64,000 nt of DNA from Octopus vulgaris (lineage: Eukaryota), in NCBI GenBank assembly GCA_951406725.2, contig OX597819.1, positions 59,830,001 to 59,894,000 of the forward strand. The letters run 5' to 3'. The notes under the pieces were generated by a model. That model did not search any database. It was not told the origin of the DNA and worked only from the letters and a program-made list of their open reading frames with translations. Position 1 is the first letter of the stretch. The number at the start of each line of letters is the position of its first letter. Positions 47,631 through 59,946 of the stretch are shown here, one piece after another. A program made the translations under genes and the position numbers.

Positions 47631-49052
47631 CCGTCGGTGATGATGACAAGGCTCCCAGCTGATACAATCAATGGAACAGCTTGCTCGTGAAATTAACGTG
47701 CAAATGGCTGAGCATTCCACAGACAGGTGTACCCTTAACATAGTTCACAAGGAGATTCAGCGTGACACAGAGTGTGACAAGGCTGGCCCTTTTGAAATAC
47801 AGGTACTACTCATTTTTGCCAGCTGAGTGGACTTTGCATCATAGGAGACATAATTAGCCAAAATACTAAGATAATCCTGACATTAATTCTGCCATATTGA
47901 ACTAAAGGGCCAAAAGAATTCTGTGATAAACTGTCTAAATCATCACAGAGTCACATTCATGCTTCATGGACCAAACAATCAAGAGTAAAGGCTTCTTTGG
48001 GCCTTCTCCAGACAGAAACTCTCCCCAAAATAGAAAAAAAAAGGTGAATGATGATTCACCAGAGATGACATAGTTTCATTGAGCCATTGATAATTTCTGA
48101 TTGTCCAGGTACCATTTTTTTTCTACTAATTAGTGTTGATGGGAAACTGGAGAGGTTTAGTTATTACAGCCCTTCCATAGTATCCTGCTTTATGAACCTC
48201 ATAACAACTAGTTTTGTCACTGAAGATGTACTTGGGTATCTGGAGCTGATTGTGCATGTAATGACAGAGACCAGGATTTAGAATTTACAGGTAGGTGGTT
48301 AATGCAAAATAGTTTTACCTATAAGACACATACAGCAAATTTAAAAGGTAGGAGTTTCTTGTTATCAAAGAATTATTCATTTAAGCTAAAATGGAATGTT
48401 TGATGTTATGTGAACCTAACTTGAAAAATAAAAGTGGGGGGTGGGGAGAAAGCATGAGTGGTTTGGTAATATTCCACATAATGAGGTTAAAAAGTGTGAA
48501 GTATTTAGAATTGTGAGATAGTATATCAGAATAAACTTTAATATCATTGGAAGAACTATGTTTGAAATGATTTTAAGTGCACTTGCCCTCAATAACAATG
48601 GAAAGTAAGAATGTTTACTTCAGGTTGAAGAGAGAGTGAGAGAAAGAGAATAAGATAGCTAAAGTAAACTAGGAGAAACACCAGAAGAGAGAGATAGAGA
48701 GAACAATAAGGATATGAGGACAGTTTATGACGTAAAGGTAGGACTTTTATAGACCTTTAGGGATGGTTGCTAGGATGTTAAGTCTTACATTGATGTCATA
48801 TCTGTCAATCAGTTGGTAAGTTTTTATAGAAAGAAGTTGTTGTTGCCATCGCCAGTGGTGACGTCTATATTGGCAATGGTTTAAGTATCAAGTCAACTCA
48901 GGTTCAACTCTGATTAAAGGCTTTCCAACTATGAACATCTCATCAGTTTAGGGACATCTAGGACTACATTGTCTTATGTCTCCACTATTTAAAGACAGCA
49001 GAATGTGAGTTAAGGGTAATTTTACTGCTATATTGATCAGATCAAGCCACCA

Positions 49053-49814
49053 TAGAAAGTGTAATTGAATTGATAGTTTGGTAAACAACTAAAGGCCATC
49101 AACGAATGTACCACTATAGGCATACTGTACTTCTGTCTAGTTGAGGAACCCACTGCAGTAAATATACTAGTGTAGTGATGCTGCTGAGTAAGGTTCAGCG
49201 CACATGCGCAGAATGGGATTACTTCCGGTTGGCCACCGGAAGTCTTCCCCGTGCGCATGTGCGGGAAACTGACCCCTAAAACGCGGTTCGCTCATTCATC
49301 TTTTCTGGCCCTCGCAGCACCCATGAACGGACGTGTATTGGCAGTCTCCGAGGACTTCATACCAACCAAGCAGCGAACCACGACGAATCATTTCGACTAA
49401 CAAACAAGAATCAGCACTGCAGATTCGGCTGTCTAGAAAGTGTAATTGAATTGATAGTTTGGTAAACAACTAAAGGCCATCAACGAATGTACCACTATAG
49501 GCATACTGTACTTCTGTCTAGTTGAGGAACCCACTGCAGTAAATATACTAGTGTAGTGATGCTGCTGAGTAAGGTTCAGCGCACATGCGCAGAATGGGAT
49601 TACTTCTGGTTGGCCACCGGAAGTCTTCCCCATGCGCATGTGCGGGAAACTGACCCCTAAAACGCGGTTCGCTCATTCATCTTTTCTGGCCCTCGCAGCA
49701 CCCATGAACGGACGTGTATTGGCAGTCTCCGAGGACTTCATACCAACCAAGCAGCGAACCACGACGAATCATTTCGACTAACAAACAAGAATCAGCACTG
49801 CAGATTCGGCTGTC
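49053..49814 (+). repeat. 381-bp tandem duplication (2 copies, 2 differences seen)
   Basis: 49053-49433 matches 49434-49814. Confidence 0.95.
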
Positions 49815-49983
49815 AGTTTCCCTCCAGAGAACACGGACACCAGTTCTACATTACGACGAGAAATAAACAATCATTTTGCTGTGTTCGTAGATCGCCCAAC
49901 TAGTCTGTTATTTTAACTAAAATTGAATGTGACGGGATCAGATCGGACACCCCTCCAGTGGTACCGAAACTGATCCTGTTACA
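49552..49983 (+). mobile_element. solo LTR (432 bp), probably Gypsy-type
   Basis: TGTA...TACA ends, CTAG 4-bp TSD on both sides, AATAAA at 49862, CpG-rich. Confidence 0.8.
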
Positions 49984-50354
49984 CTAGATTTCCAACTGGT
50001 TGAGGACCACATTGTATATTCTCAAGCTACCACTTGGAGGGAAATAGAATTGGTAATTAGTAAAACAACTCCACAGCTGAAGAATCTACAGTCACAGCTA
50101 CACGCATCATCATCAATTTTATTTAACAACTATTTTCCATGCTGGCATGGGTTGAGCTATCTTCTGTCTAACTCAACCATTTTTTGCCTATGGACCACTT
50201 TGATTTTTATTTTATTCTACTGGGCCCCCATAGCCATTTAATTTTTTAAAAATCGCATTATATTATTATTTTTCTTTCGTTCTTTCTTTCTTTCTTTCTT
50301 TCTTTTCTTTCTTACTTTCAGATCAGAACTGTGGCCATGCTGGGGCACCACTAC

Positions 50355-51795
50355 ATTGTTTTATTGAGAGCCTCCTCTATTATATGGCATTTGGTGAATA
50401 AGGGAGGTGTATGCCGCTACCCTCTTTGCACCTTTTGCTGCAAGGTAGGTTTATCTGGGACTCTCAACAGGAAAAGGTCTAATTTTGATTTGAAAACACC
50501 TATGTCAACTCTGTGTAGGTCCCTCAGGCTCTTTGGGAAAATATTAAAAAAGCTGTGGGCCCCTAAAACCCAGGCTGTTGCAGTAAGTGGTCCTGAAGTG
50601 CGATGGCATTGCTGGGATCTTTGGCACTGTGCAGTTTTGACCCGCTCTGGTATTGATGTAGCTTTCAATGCCAAATTTGGCACAATTCCTTTCAGGATCT
50701 TCCAGACGTATACTACTGCATATCCATCCCACCTGAGTCTTAGTTGTTTCAGCTGTTGCAACGAGACAGTCTTCTCTGTGAAGCTTTGCTGGATTGTTTC
50801 AAGGCCCGCTGTTAATTTTACACTGATGGGTGACCATAGCTGGGAGCAGTAGTCCAGGTGGCTGAGGACGAATGTCCTCCAGAGGACCATCATGGTTTCC
50901 TTCTCTCTGATCATGAATGTTCTCAGGATCCTTCCAGTCAGTCGTCTGCACTTTGTCACCATCCTGGTAACGTGGACTTGTAAAGAGGTATCATCACTCA
51001 TGTTGATACCCAGGTCCCTCACTGATTTAGGCTCTGGGATTGTAATCCCCTGTGGACCAGTGTACCCTGTAAGTTTTATATTCAGTTTTGTATGCTGGTA
51101 GTGCAGGGCTTGGAATTTTTCAGCATTAAACTGCATATCATTGTCTTCAGCCCATCTATAAATTGAGTCCAACTCCTGCTACAGGTGTGCAACATCACTG
51201 CATTTCTGTATTTTCTGCAAGTCTTTCATATCATCTGCATAGCTAGCAAGAGTGGCTATCAGGGCAGCTGAGGGTATATCTGAGAGGTCCACTATGAAAA
51301 GCAGTGGTCCCAAGAGAGTGCCCTGTGGAACACCGCTCACTATTTTTGTTTTCTTTGAGGTGGCTCCATTGGCCAGTACTGCCTCACTTCTATCTTTCAG
51401 AAAGTCATAAGTCATGTAACCACTCTCCAAGTTTTCCAGCTATGCCAAGATCACACATTTTGTGGTATATCATACCATGATACACTTTATCAAAAGCTTT
51501 TGCAAAGTCAAGGTATATTACGTCCACATTTGAGTTGTTGAGTCACTGCCTCAACACCCAGTCATAGTGCTGTAAGAGCTGGGTCAGGCAGCACCTACCT
51601 GGTTGAAAGCCATGCTGGGTATCACTCAGCAAGTCGTTTTCTTCAAGGAATGCAATTAGTTTCCTTCTGACTATCTGTTCCATAACTTTGCTGATATGTG
51701 AAGTCAGAGAGATAGGCTTATAGTTTTTGGTATCTGCTCTGCTTCCTCCTTTATGGATTGGGCATATTATTCCCTCCTTCAGTTTTGCTTGGCAG
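50355..51795 (-). mobile_element. CR1-group LINE reverse-transcriptase fragment, decayed
   Basis: NYKPISLTS, QHGF, YLDFAKAFD, SGVPQGTLLGPLLF, YADD, HLDYCSQLWSP; stops and frameshifts. Confidence 0.92.
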
Positions 51796-52139
51796 CCATA
51801 TGTATGTATGTGTATATATATATACACGGCAGTAAACATTATATTATGTCTATTTATTTAAAAAAAAAAACAATTATAACAATATATATACATGTATAAC
51901 ATATTATGCTTTACATATATAAAAATACCAAAATACCAGTAATTATTAAAATATGTAATGTAGAACATAGAAAGTAGAATAGTTTCTTACAGCTGTTTCA
52001 GCCAAGAGGTCATAGTACCCCACTTTACTTCCATCCCTTCAGTCAACTGAAGTATTTGGTAAATAAGATTAAGGTACTTGGGTGTGCCTCTGGGTTTTGT
52101 CAGAGCGTTTAGAAAGTTCATAAGGTTAAGTTATAAATA

Positions 52140-53415
52140 TAAATGCATCGAGTTTCTTGAGGACATTACCCGAATCACTGATCGCAGATCCTGGGTGGAT
52201 GTTGTTTACCTGGACTTTGCTAAGGCTTTTAATTCTGTGCCACACAAATAACTTATGGTGAAACTCTCTGCAATGGGTGTAAGAGACGATCTCTATAACT
52301 GGTTGAAGTCCTTTATTATTGTCCGAAAAGAGGTTGTCACAGTTCTAGGACAGCACTCTTCACCCTATGTGATGACATCTGGTGTACCACAGGGATCTGT
52401 TCTTGGCCCCCTTTTATTTGTTGCATATGTTAATGACATAGATGCCAACTTAAAGAATGCCACAGTGCTGAAATATGCAGATGACATCAAGCTGTACCTC
52501 GAAATAAAGAGGTCAGATCCTGTACGCTATAGATCTCTATTGCAATCAGAACTGGACACAATGCAGCAGTGGATCATGGACTGGCAACTCAAGCTGGCTG
52601 TGGTCAAATGTACCACCATGCATTTTGGGAGGAAAAACCCAACGTCTACTTACTCCTTCCACAACACTAATCTCAAAAAGTCTTCTTGTGAACGTAACCT
52701 GGGTGTTATTGTCGACAGCGATTTGCGTTGGACAAAACACATCGCTAAAATTGCCAAGAAGCCTGAGGGTGTCTTGGCATCACTCACCAAGTCCTTTGTG
52801 AGCCGCTCTCTGGCTATCTATCTGCGGCTTTATATAGCTATGGTACGACCTCACCTGGAATTTGCATCACCGGTCTGGAACCCCTATCTTGCCCAGGATA
52901 TTAATCGTCTGGAAACCGTTCAGCGACGTGCAACCAAGAGAATACCCTCCATCAGGCATTTGTACTTCTCTGGGCATGGATACATTGAAACTCCGACGTC
53001 TGGCAGCTGATTTGGCAGACACCCATAAAATTATTAACCATCTTACAAACAATAACTCTGAGCACCTTTTCAAACTCCATCTGTCTAACACCCATGGACA
53101 TGTTTACAAAGTCAGAAAACAGCACAGCTCCCATGACTTTCGGAAACATTTTTTTACGCTAAGAGTTGCTGAAGCATGGAACAAACTGCTAGCATCAGTT
53201 GTTAGTTGTCGGAGCACTGCATCCTTCAAAACTTCCATGCTTCCTGAGATTTGCCACCACTACACCTGATTTTCTCCCCTCCATACACACGCAAGCATGT
53301 ATCTGACTCATACACTGTTCACTTTCCAAACATTTGTACATTACTGCATATACTTTATATGCACTTTTGACAAGTTGTAGTACACCTGAGCACTGTATAT
53401 TTCATTATTATTATA
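52140..53415 (+). mobile_element. 5'-truncated CR1-group LINE with 3' UTR and (ATT)n tail
   Basis: VVYLDFAKAF, SGVPQGSVLGPLLF, YADD, RPHLEFASPVWNPY, RKHFFTLRVAEAWNKL; frameshift near 52960. Confidence 0.93.
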
Positions 53416-53899
53416 TATACGCACTTTTATATATTCATACATACACATAAATATTCATAAATACATATCTATACATTTATATATATATGTATATGAATAC
53501 AAAGGAATCAATTATTATTATTATTAGGTGTATTATATTATTCTTATTAGATAAAGTATAAACAGAGGAAAGAGAAAATTATCAAAAGAGAAATAATAGT
53601 GGAATTTAAATAATCAATCTATCTTAAGATTATTGTAGTTTTGTAGGAATGAAAAGGTATATAAATGAGGAATACACATGCACACACACACACACACATA
53701 TTTACTTAAAAATTTTTACAGATTAAAATGAAAAGAAATAATTATCAAAACTCCTTTGCTTCAAGTAGAAATGGAAATACTCTGTGTCCTATAAATAGGA
53801 TACTGAGACAATGTGATAAAGCTTAATGTTCTCATTTACCGTCCTATTTATAGGACAGTGGGACTTAATTGGTTAATTGGCACCAAAATTTTGCTGGTG

Positions 53900-54410
53900 T
53901 TTCAAAAGTGCAGAAAAATATCTCTTTTCAAACAAATATTCTCACACCCACCTGTTGTAGCCTTTAGACACAATAAAAATATAAGAAAAATATATTAGCC
54001 ACTACCTCTAACCCCAAGGAAACTACCATTGGAGTTTCTTGGAAAACAGCCACAAGAGAGGTAAGCTCTGTTCATTGTGCAAGTCAATTCCACAACAGAA
54101 ATGTTCTGACAGAAGGTGTGATGTGTAAAGATTCCCATTTGGTGTACACAGCAGAACACACCAAACACAACTTTATTTATGTTGGTTGTACTACAGAATA
54201 ATTAAACAAAATATTCAATGAGCACAGGCATGATGCCAGGCACAATAGTTTTTAGAACTTGCCAAATATTTTACATCAAATGGCTGCAATTTTGAGGAAC
54301 ACCTACAAGTGCACATTCTCAGAAAATATTCTGATTCATTTACACATTCAGTTTTCAAAATGCATGAGGATAAATATATTTGTGAATTCCAGCTAAATTT
54401 CATCATATTT
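53900..54410 (+). mobile_element. Penelope-like element remnant (linker plus GIY-YIG endonuclease)
   Basis: IFSHPPVVAFRHNKNIR, then from 54121 CKDSHLVYTAEHTKHNFIYVGCTTE*LNKIFNEHRHD, ELAKYF...VHIL, HEDKYIC. Confidence 0.85.
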
Positions 54411-54531
54411 TCACAAAACTGTTTGACTAAATATTCTTTTTCCGTTTTTTCTCATTTTTCCTTTTTCCGTTTTTTTCTCTTTTTTTTTCTTCTTTTTCCT
54501 TTCACTTTCATAAGAAAGTGAAAACTGATGA

Positions 54532-54810
54532 TGTTGTAGCGAGGCACAAGAAGCCAGCACCATTTTGAACTAGATCTCGCTGGTAGCGATTGCCATGCGC
54601 AAGACAACAAATAAGATTGTTGCTGGCAACCAGTATTTAAGCAAGAAACAGCAACATTCACACTCTCATTTCTTCTCACGCTTACGCCGAGAAACACTGC
54701 ATAGACAGTGACTCACAGCGGACTCTTGTCCCACTCTGACTCCACATACTTATCTCCAGAGGTAATGAACCTCATGTGTATGGAGTTAAGACAAACCACG
54801 CGCTGCTATA
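54532..54810 (+). mobile_element. possible LTR followed by a TGG PBS-like stub
   Basis: TGTTGTAGCG start, CGCTGCTATA end (imperfect inverted), TATTTAA box, TGG 4 nt downstream. Confidence 0.35.
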
Positions 54811-54935
54811 AAGATGGTCACTGAGAGCGAACCACATGAATTGCATATGCTTTATACGCAATTTTGACAAGTTGTGGTGCACCTGAGCATTGTATACAAT
54901 AATTTCATTAGTGTTATTATTATTATTTTAACATA

Positions 54936-55100
54936 GGCACAGGAGTGGCTGTGTGGTAAGTAGTTTGCTTACCAACCACATGGTTCTGGGTTCAGTCCCA
55001 CTGCGTGGCATCTTGGACAAGTGTCTTCTGCTATAGCCCCAGGCCAACCAATGCCTTGTGAGTGGATATGGTAGATAGAAACTGAAAGAAGCCTGTCGTA

Positions 55101-55153
<53 letters not shown>

Positions 55154-55380
55154 ATATGTTTGTGTGTCTGTGTTTGTCCCCCTAGCATTGCTTGACAACT
55201 GATGCTGGTGTGTTTACATCCCCGTTACTTAGTGGTTCGGCAAAAGAGACCGATAGAATAAGTACTGGGCTTACAAAAAATAAATCCCGGGGTCGATTTG
55301 CTCGACTAAAGGCGGTGCTCCAGCATGGCTGCAGTTAAATGACTGAAACAAGTAAGAGTAAAAGAGAGAATAAAGAATAA
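54936..55380 (+). mobile_element. full-length tRNA-derived SINE, family A, with internal (TA)n/(TG)n
   Basis: A box TGGCTGTGTGG, B box GGTTCAGTCCC. Other copies at 13852-14175, 22555-22900, 24475-25063 (split), 28472-28760, 29947-30100, 34550-34710, 40220-40380(-), 44930-45083(-), 46965-47117(-). Confidence 0.92.
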
Positions 55381-55587
55381 GAACTCTGTAAATAAACAGC
55401 TATTGAATTGTGCTTCATTTGTGAACTTCTTCGTGTTCCAGATTCTTGAAACTACAAAAAGAATTATAATGGGAGAAGGAGATACTCCACAGGTATCATA
55501 AACCTTCCATTCCATTATAATGTCATTCTACCAAAATAGATTTATATTTTGAATTTCTGTGTTTCTGCAGTCATTTTCTTTTTACAT

Positions 55588-55630
55588 TTTGAACCTGAAG
55601 ATGGCATGATCTATTGAAATATCATTCAAA
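55588..55630 (+). ncRNA. degenerate hammerhead-like motif in Penelope 3' tail
   Basis: TTTGAA/TTCAAA stem I, CTGAAGA core, TGG..CTA stem II, GAAA, then AATAAA. Confidence 0.45.
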
Positions 55631-55941
55631 CCATTAAATAAACAATATATTATTAATCACATCACATTCTTCTTATTGTCTATTTATCTTCGTGAAGAGT
55701 TGCATCACTCTTTCTAAATTATTATTATTACTGTTGTTGTTGCTATTGTTATTATTATTATTATTATTATTAAGGTGGTGAGCTGGCAAAATTGTTAGCG
55801 CAATGGACAAAATGCATAGTGGTATTTCACCCATTGCTACTTTCTGAGTTCAACTTTGCCTTTCGTTCTTTCAGGGTCGATATAATAAGTACCCCTCCCC
55901 CAAAATTGTTGCCCTTGTGGCAAAATCTGAAACTATTATTG

Positions 55942-55978
<37 letters not shown>

Positions 55979-57547
55979 GTAAGGCGGCAAGCTAGCAAAA
56001 TTGCTACCATGCTTAGTGGCACTTCGTCCATCTTAATGTTCTGAGTTCAAATTCTGCTGAGGTCAACTTTGCCTTTCATCATTTTAGGGTCGATTAAATA
56101 AGTACCAGTTATGCACTGGGACCTATGCAATTGACTTACCTACTCTCCTCAAATTTCAGGGCTTGTGCCTATTGTAGAAAGGATTATTATTATGATGATG
56201 ATAATGATGATGCAGTAGTAGTAGAAGTAGTAGTGGTGGTGGTGGTAGTAGAGTTTCACAATTTTATGACCTTATTTTATATAATCTTTCCTTTTATATA
56301 TTTCTTCCTGTTCTAAAGAAAGACATGTAATTGAAATGTTAGTATGAATTCAAATAATATGAATTTCATTTGGTATGAACCATATAATCGAGATCGTTCA
56401 ACTGTGAGACATATAAGTTTGACAAAAGGAAATTAGAAAATTATAGAGAATGTACAATATTAACATTGTTTACCAGAATGGTTGAAATGAGTAAATAATA
56501 GTTAAAGCAGCTTAATGATTTAAATGACGATGAAGAGGAGGAGGGTGAAGATGAAGATGATAAACCACTTGTTGAAAAAGATATACATCTTCATTCATAA
56601 ATTTCAATTCCCAAATCTTTCAAATAAATTTTTTGTTTGCTTTTCAAAAGGCGTCGTCAATTTGTAACAAGTTTGACATATACATCAGATCTTTCTTTTT
56701 TTTTCTTCTTAGAAATGCCTTCTTTTTCAGTTACTATAAATTTCTGTTTTTATCTTAAAATAAAAAAGAAAGCAACATGCATCAAAGGAATTGCAAGTCA
56801 ACAAGTCATTTTGAACAGTAAGCATAAATATTGTATCATAATTATATACATAAAATAACTATGAATCTTCTCTTTCCTTTTATTATATTCTTGCCTCTCA
56901 ACACCTGGCATAAAGCCACCTCCCCATCATTTAGTTAAGAGTTTTATTTCTTTCATTTCTTGTTCTTTTCCTGTCTTGCAAGTTACCTGGCAGCCTCATC
57001 AGTGCTGCCACCATCATCTTTGTCATTATCATCATTGTTGTCTTCGTCGTTGTCGTCATCATCATCATTTAATGTCCATGTTCCATGCTCGCATAGGTTG
57101 GATGGTTTACCAGATCCAATACATCCAAGGACTACATCAAGTTCCAGTATCTGCTTTGGCATGGGTTTTATGGTTGAATGCCCTTCCTAATGTCAGCCGT
57201 TTTACAATGTGGTCTGGGTACTTTTTTCATGCTACCTACACTATGGAGGTTGCTATGCAGTTTGCAGGACTACGAGCCCTGGGTGAGGTGATGAGGTCAG
57301 CTTCATACTAGGGGATGAGAGGATTACTATGAAGTGGGACAGGAGTAGAGCAGGCCCCTGTTGAGGGATCAGCATGGCTATTCACATCTAGTAGGGGAGA
57401 GGAAGTGAGAGAAAGAAAAAGGGCCAGTGACATGAAAAAAAGCACCCAGTACACAATGCAGCACCCAGCTGTAGAAAACCTCCCAAAGCTGACACTGAAG
57501 TGCAATGCAGCCCTCAAACCTGCTGAATTCTCTCATTCTGTCTAAAT

Positions 57548-58228
57548 CAGGGGTCACCAAAGGGGGTCTGAGGAACCCCCTAGGAGTCAGCAAAGAATTA
57601 CAGGGGGTCGATGATAGCCAAGGGGTCAAATAGGGGTTGGCATGCGAAAGACCAGCTCACTCAGATGAACTGCTTGGAATACTTAGTCAGCACCATGTTC
57701 ATCCCTCATATTGATGTTGTTAATTTCAATAAAAGATATTCCAGCAATATGATGCGTTTTTTCACATTTTCTAATCGTGAGAACAATTTCATAAAAATTG
57801 AAAGTTTAATACTGTATACTCATACATGTTCTTTTCCTGTCTTGCAAGTTACCTGGCAGCCTCACCAGTGCTGCCACCATCATCTTTATCATTATCATCA
57901 TTGTCATCGTCGTCGTTGTCGTCATCATCATCATTTAATGTCCATGTTCCATGCTTGTATAGGTTGGATGGTTTACCAGATCCAATACATCCAAGGACTG
58001 CATCAAGTTTTAAATGTAAAAAGTGTGTCATCTTCAATAGAATTTCTTAATTTGCCGTGCATATATATTTCAGCTAACATTTTAATTGCCAGCTTCAGTA
58101 CTCTGTACGTATTTAAGATATGGTACAGTATGGTAGGGTATTAAGATATTTTAAATGAGGAGGGTGGTCGATGCGGAAGGAGAAGTGGCTAAAGGGGATT
58201 GATGGTCAAAAATGTTTGGCAACCCCTG
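57548..58228. mobile_element. non-autonomous hAT (Charlie-like) element inserted in a SINE tail
   Basis: TIRs CAGGGGTCACCAAA / TTTGGCAACCCCTG; 8-bp TSD GTCTAAAT / GTCTAAAC. Confidence 0.85.
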
Positions 58229-59499
58229 GTCTAAACCATACCAATGGGAAACAGACAGTAAATGATGATGATGAGGAGGAGGGTGAAGATGAAGATAAAC
58301 CACTTGTTGAAAAAGACATACATCTTCATTCATAAATTTCAATTTCCAAATCTTTCAAATAAAATTTTTGTTTGCTTTTCAAAACATGTTGTCAATTTGT
58401 AATAAGTTTGACACATACATAGATCTTTCTTTTTTTTTTCTAAGAAGTGCCTTCTTTTTCAGTAATGCTACCTTAATAAGCTAACTAAAGATGGTATTGA
58501 GAAATAAAAGTAATAATCTATAATAAAGGACCGCCTTTGTTCGTGAATGACCATGGGATTGTACCTACAAAGTTATTCTCTGAGGCACAAGTCTGGGCAA
58601 GGTTGTTTATGGAAGACCAGCAGTCACACATGCATACCAGCCTCCTCTCTCCATCCCACTGATGTTATCCAAAGGAAAGGCAAATGCCAATACACCTTGA
58701 CACCAGTGGCATCACAACGCATTTCTGCAGCTGAGTGAACTGGAGCAACATGAAATAAAGTGTCTTGGTGAAGAGCACAACCCACACCCAGGTCAGGGGA
58801 TTGAACTAACTTCCTCATGATTGTGAACTTGACACTCTAACCACTGAGTCACCACCTTCAAATTTTGATACAGAACCAGTAGTTTTTGAGGGGACTTTTT
58901 GAAGTTGATTATATCAACTCTGGTACTTAATTTATCGACCCTGAGAAGATGAAAAGCAAAGTTAACCTCCACGGAATTTGAACTCAAAACACAAAGACAG
59001 ATGAAATGCCATAAAGCATTTTGTCAGGCATGCCAATGATTTTGCTAATTTACCCCTTTATAGTAATGTATAATGATAACCTTACCTTAAGGGCAGTGAG
59101 CTGGCTGGATAGATAGCATGTCAGGTAAAATGCTTAGCAGCCTTCCATCTGTCTTTACGTTCTGTGTTCACATTCCACTGGGGTTGACTTTGCCTTTCAT
59201 CCTTTCAGTGATGATGAAATAAGTACCAGTTGAATACTGGGTGGGGGGCAATGTAATCAACTTACTCTCACCTTTGAACTTGTGCCAAAATTTGTAACCA
59301 ATGATAACTTTATCTATAGTATTAATTTCGTTTTTAAACAATTTATGTATCCATTTCAGTCATTCAGGATAACCAAGTTATTTTTACATTGTTGGTTTCA
59401 TTTTAATTGGCACTTTATATATCTGTTATCACAGCTCTTGGGAACACTTAAAAGACAAATATATACAGTATTTCCTTGAATACACTGCTTTCAAGAAAT

Positions 59500-59738
59500 A
59501 TAAAGTGACCCTTTTTGTACCATTGCCGGTACCGCCTAACTGGCCCTCATGCCGCCGGCACGTAAAAGCACCCACTACACTCTTGAAGTGGTTGGTGTTA
59601 GGAAGGGCATCCAGCTGTAGAAACTCTGCCAGATCAGATTGGAGCCTGGTGCAGCCATCTGGTTTGTCAGTCCTCAGTCAAATCATCCAACCCATGCTAG
59701 CATGGAAAGCAGACGTTAAACGATGATGATGATGATGA
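59500..59738 (+). mobile_element. SINE family C 3' part (GGAAGGGCATCCAGCTGTAG core, (GAT)n tail)
   Basis: Many copies: 6300-6450(-), 23000-23172, 25200-25390, 27050-27208, 27575-27772, 27805-27945(-), 46270-46495, 57050-57240(-). Confidence 0.85.
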
Positions 59739-59946
59739 TTTTATGTTGAAGTGGTTAGGGTATTCGACTCACGATTGTAGGGTTATGAGTTCAATTCCTG
59801 GCAGTGGGTTGTGTCCTTGAGCAAGACACTTTTATTTCATGTTGCTCGTGTTCACTCAGCTGGCAAAATTGAGTTATGCTTGTAATTCAAAGGGCCAGCC
59901 TTGTCACATTCTATGTCACGCTGAATTTTCCTGAGAACTACATTAA

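Noticed and set aside
49053-49814. Repeat as a CRISPR-like array or duplicated small gene
   Set aside because: Two long copies with no spacers; explained by LTR junction duplication in a eukaryote
50355-53415. The two opposite CR1 fragments as one twin-primed inverted insertion
   Set aside because: They overlap in RT region, differ strongly in sequence and are separated by unrelated DNA; these are independent insertions
54936-55010. tRNA gene calls at SINE heads
   Set aside because: A/B boxes are present but there is no cloverleaf, and they continue into SINE bodies
56505-56600. Acidic peptide KQLNDLNDDEEEEGEDEDDKPLVEKDIHLHS as a terminal exon
   Set aside because: No pyrimidine tract or partner exons; derives from a GAT/GAG-rich SINE tail and is duplicated at 58260
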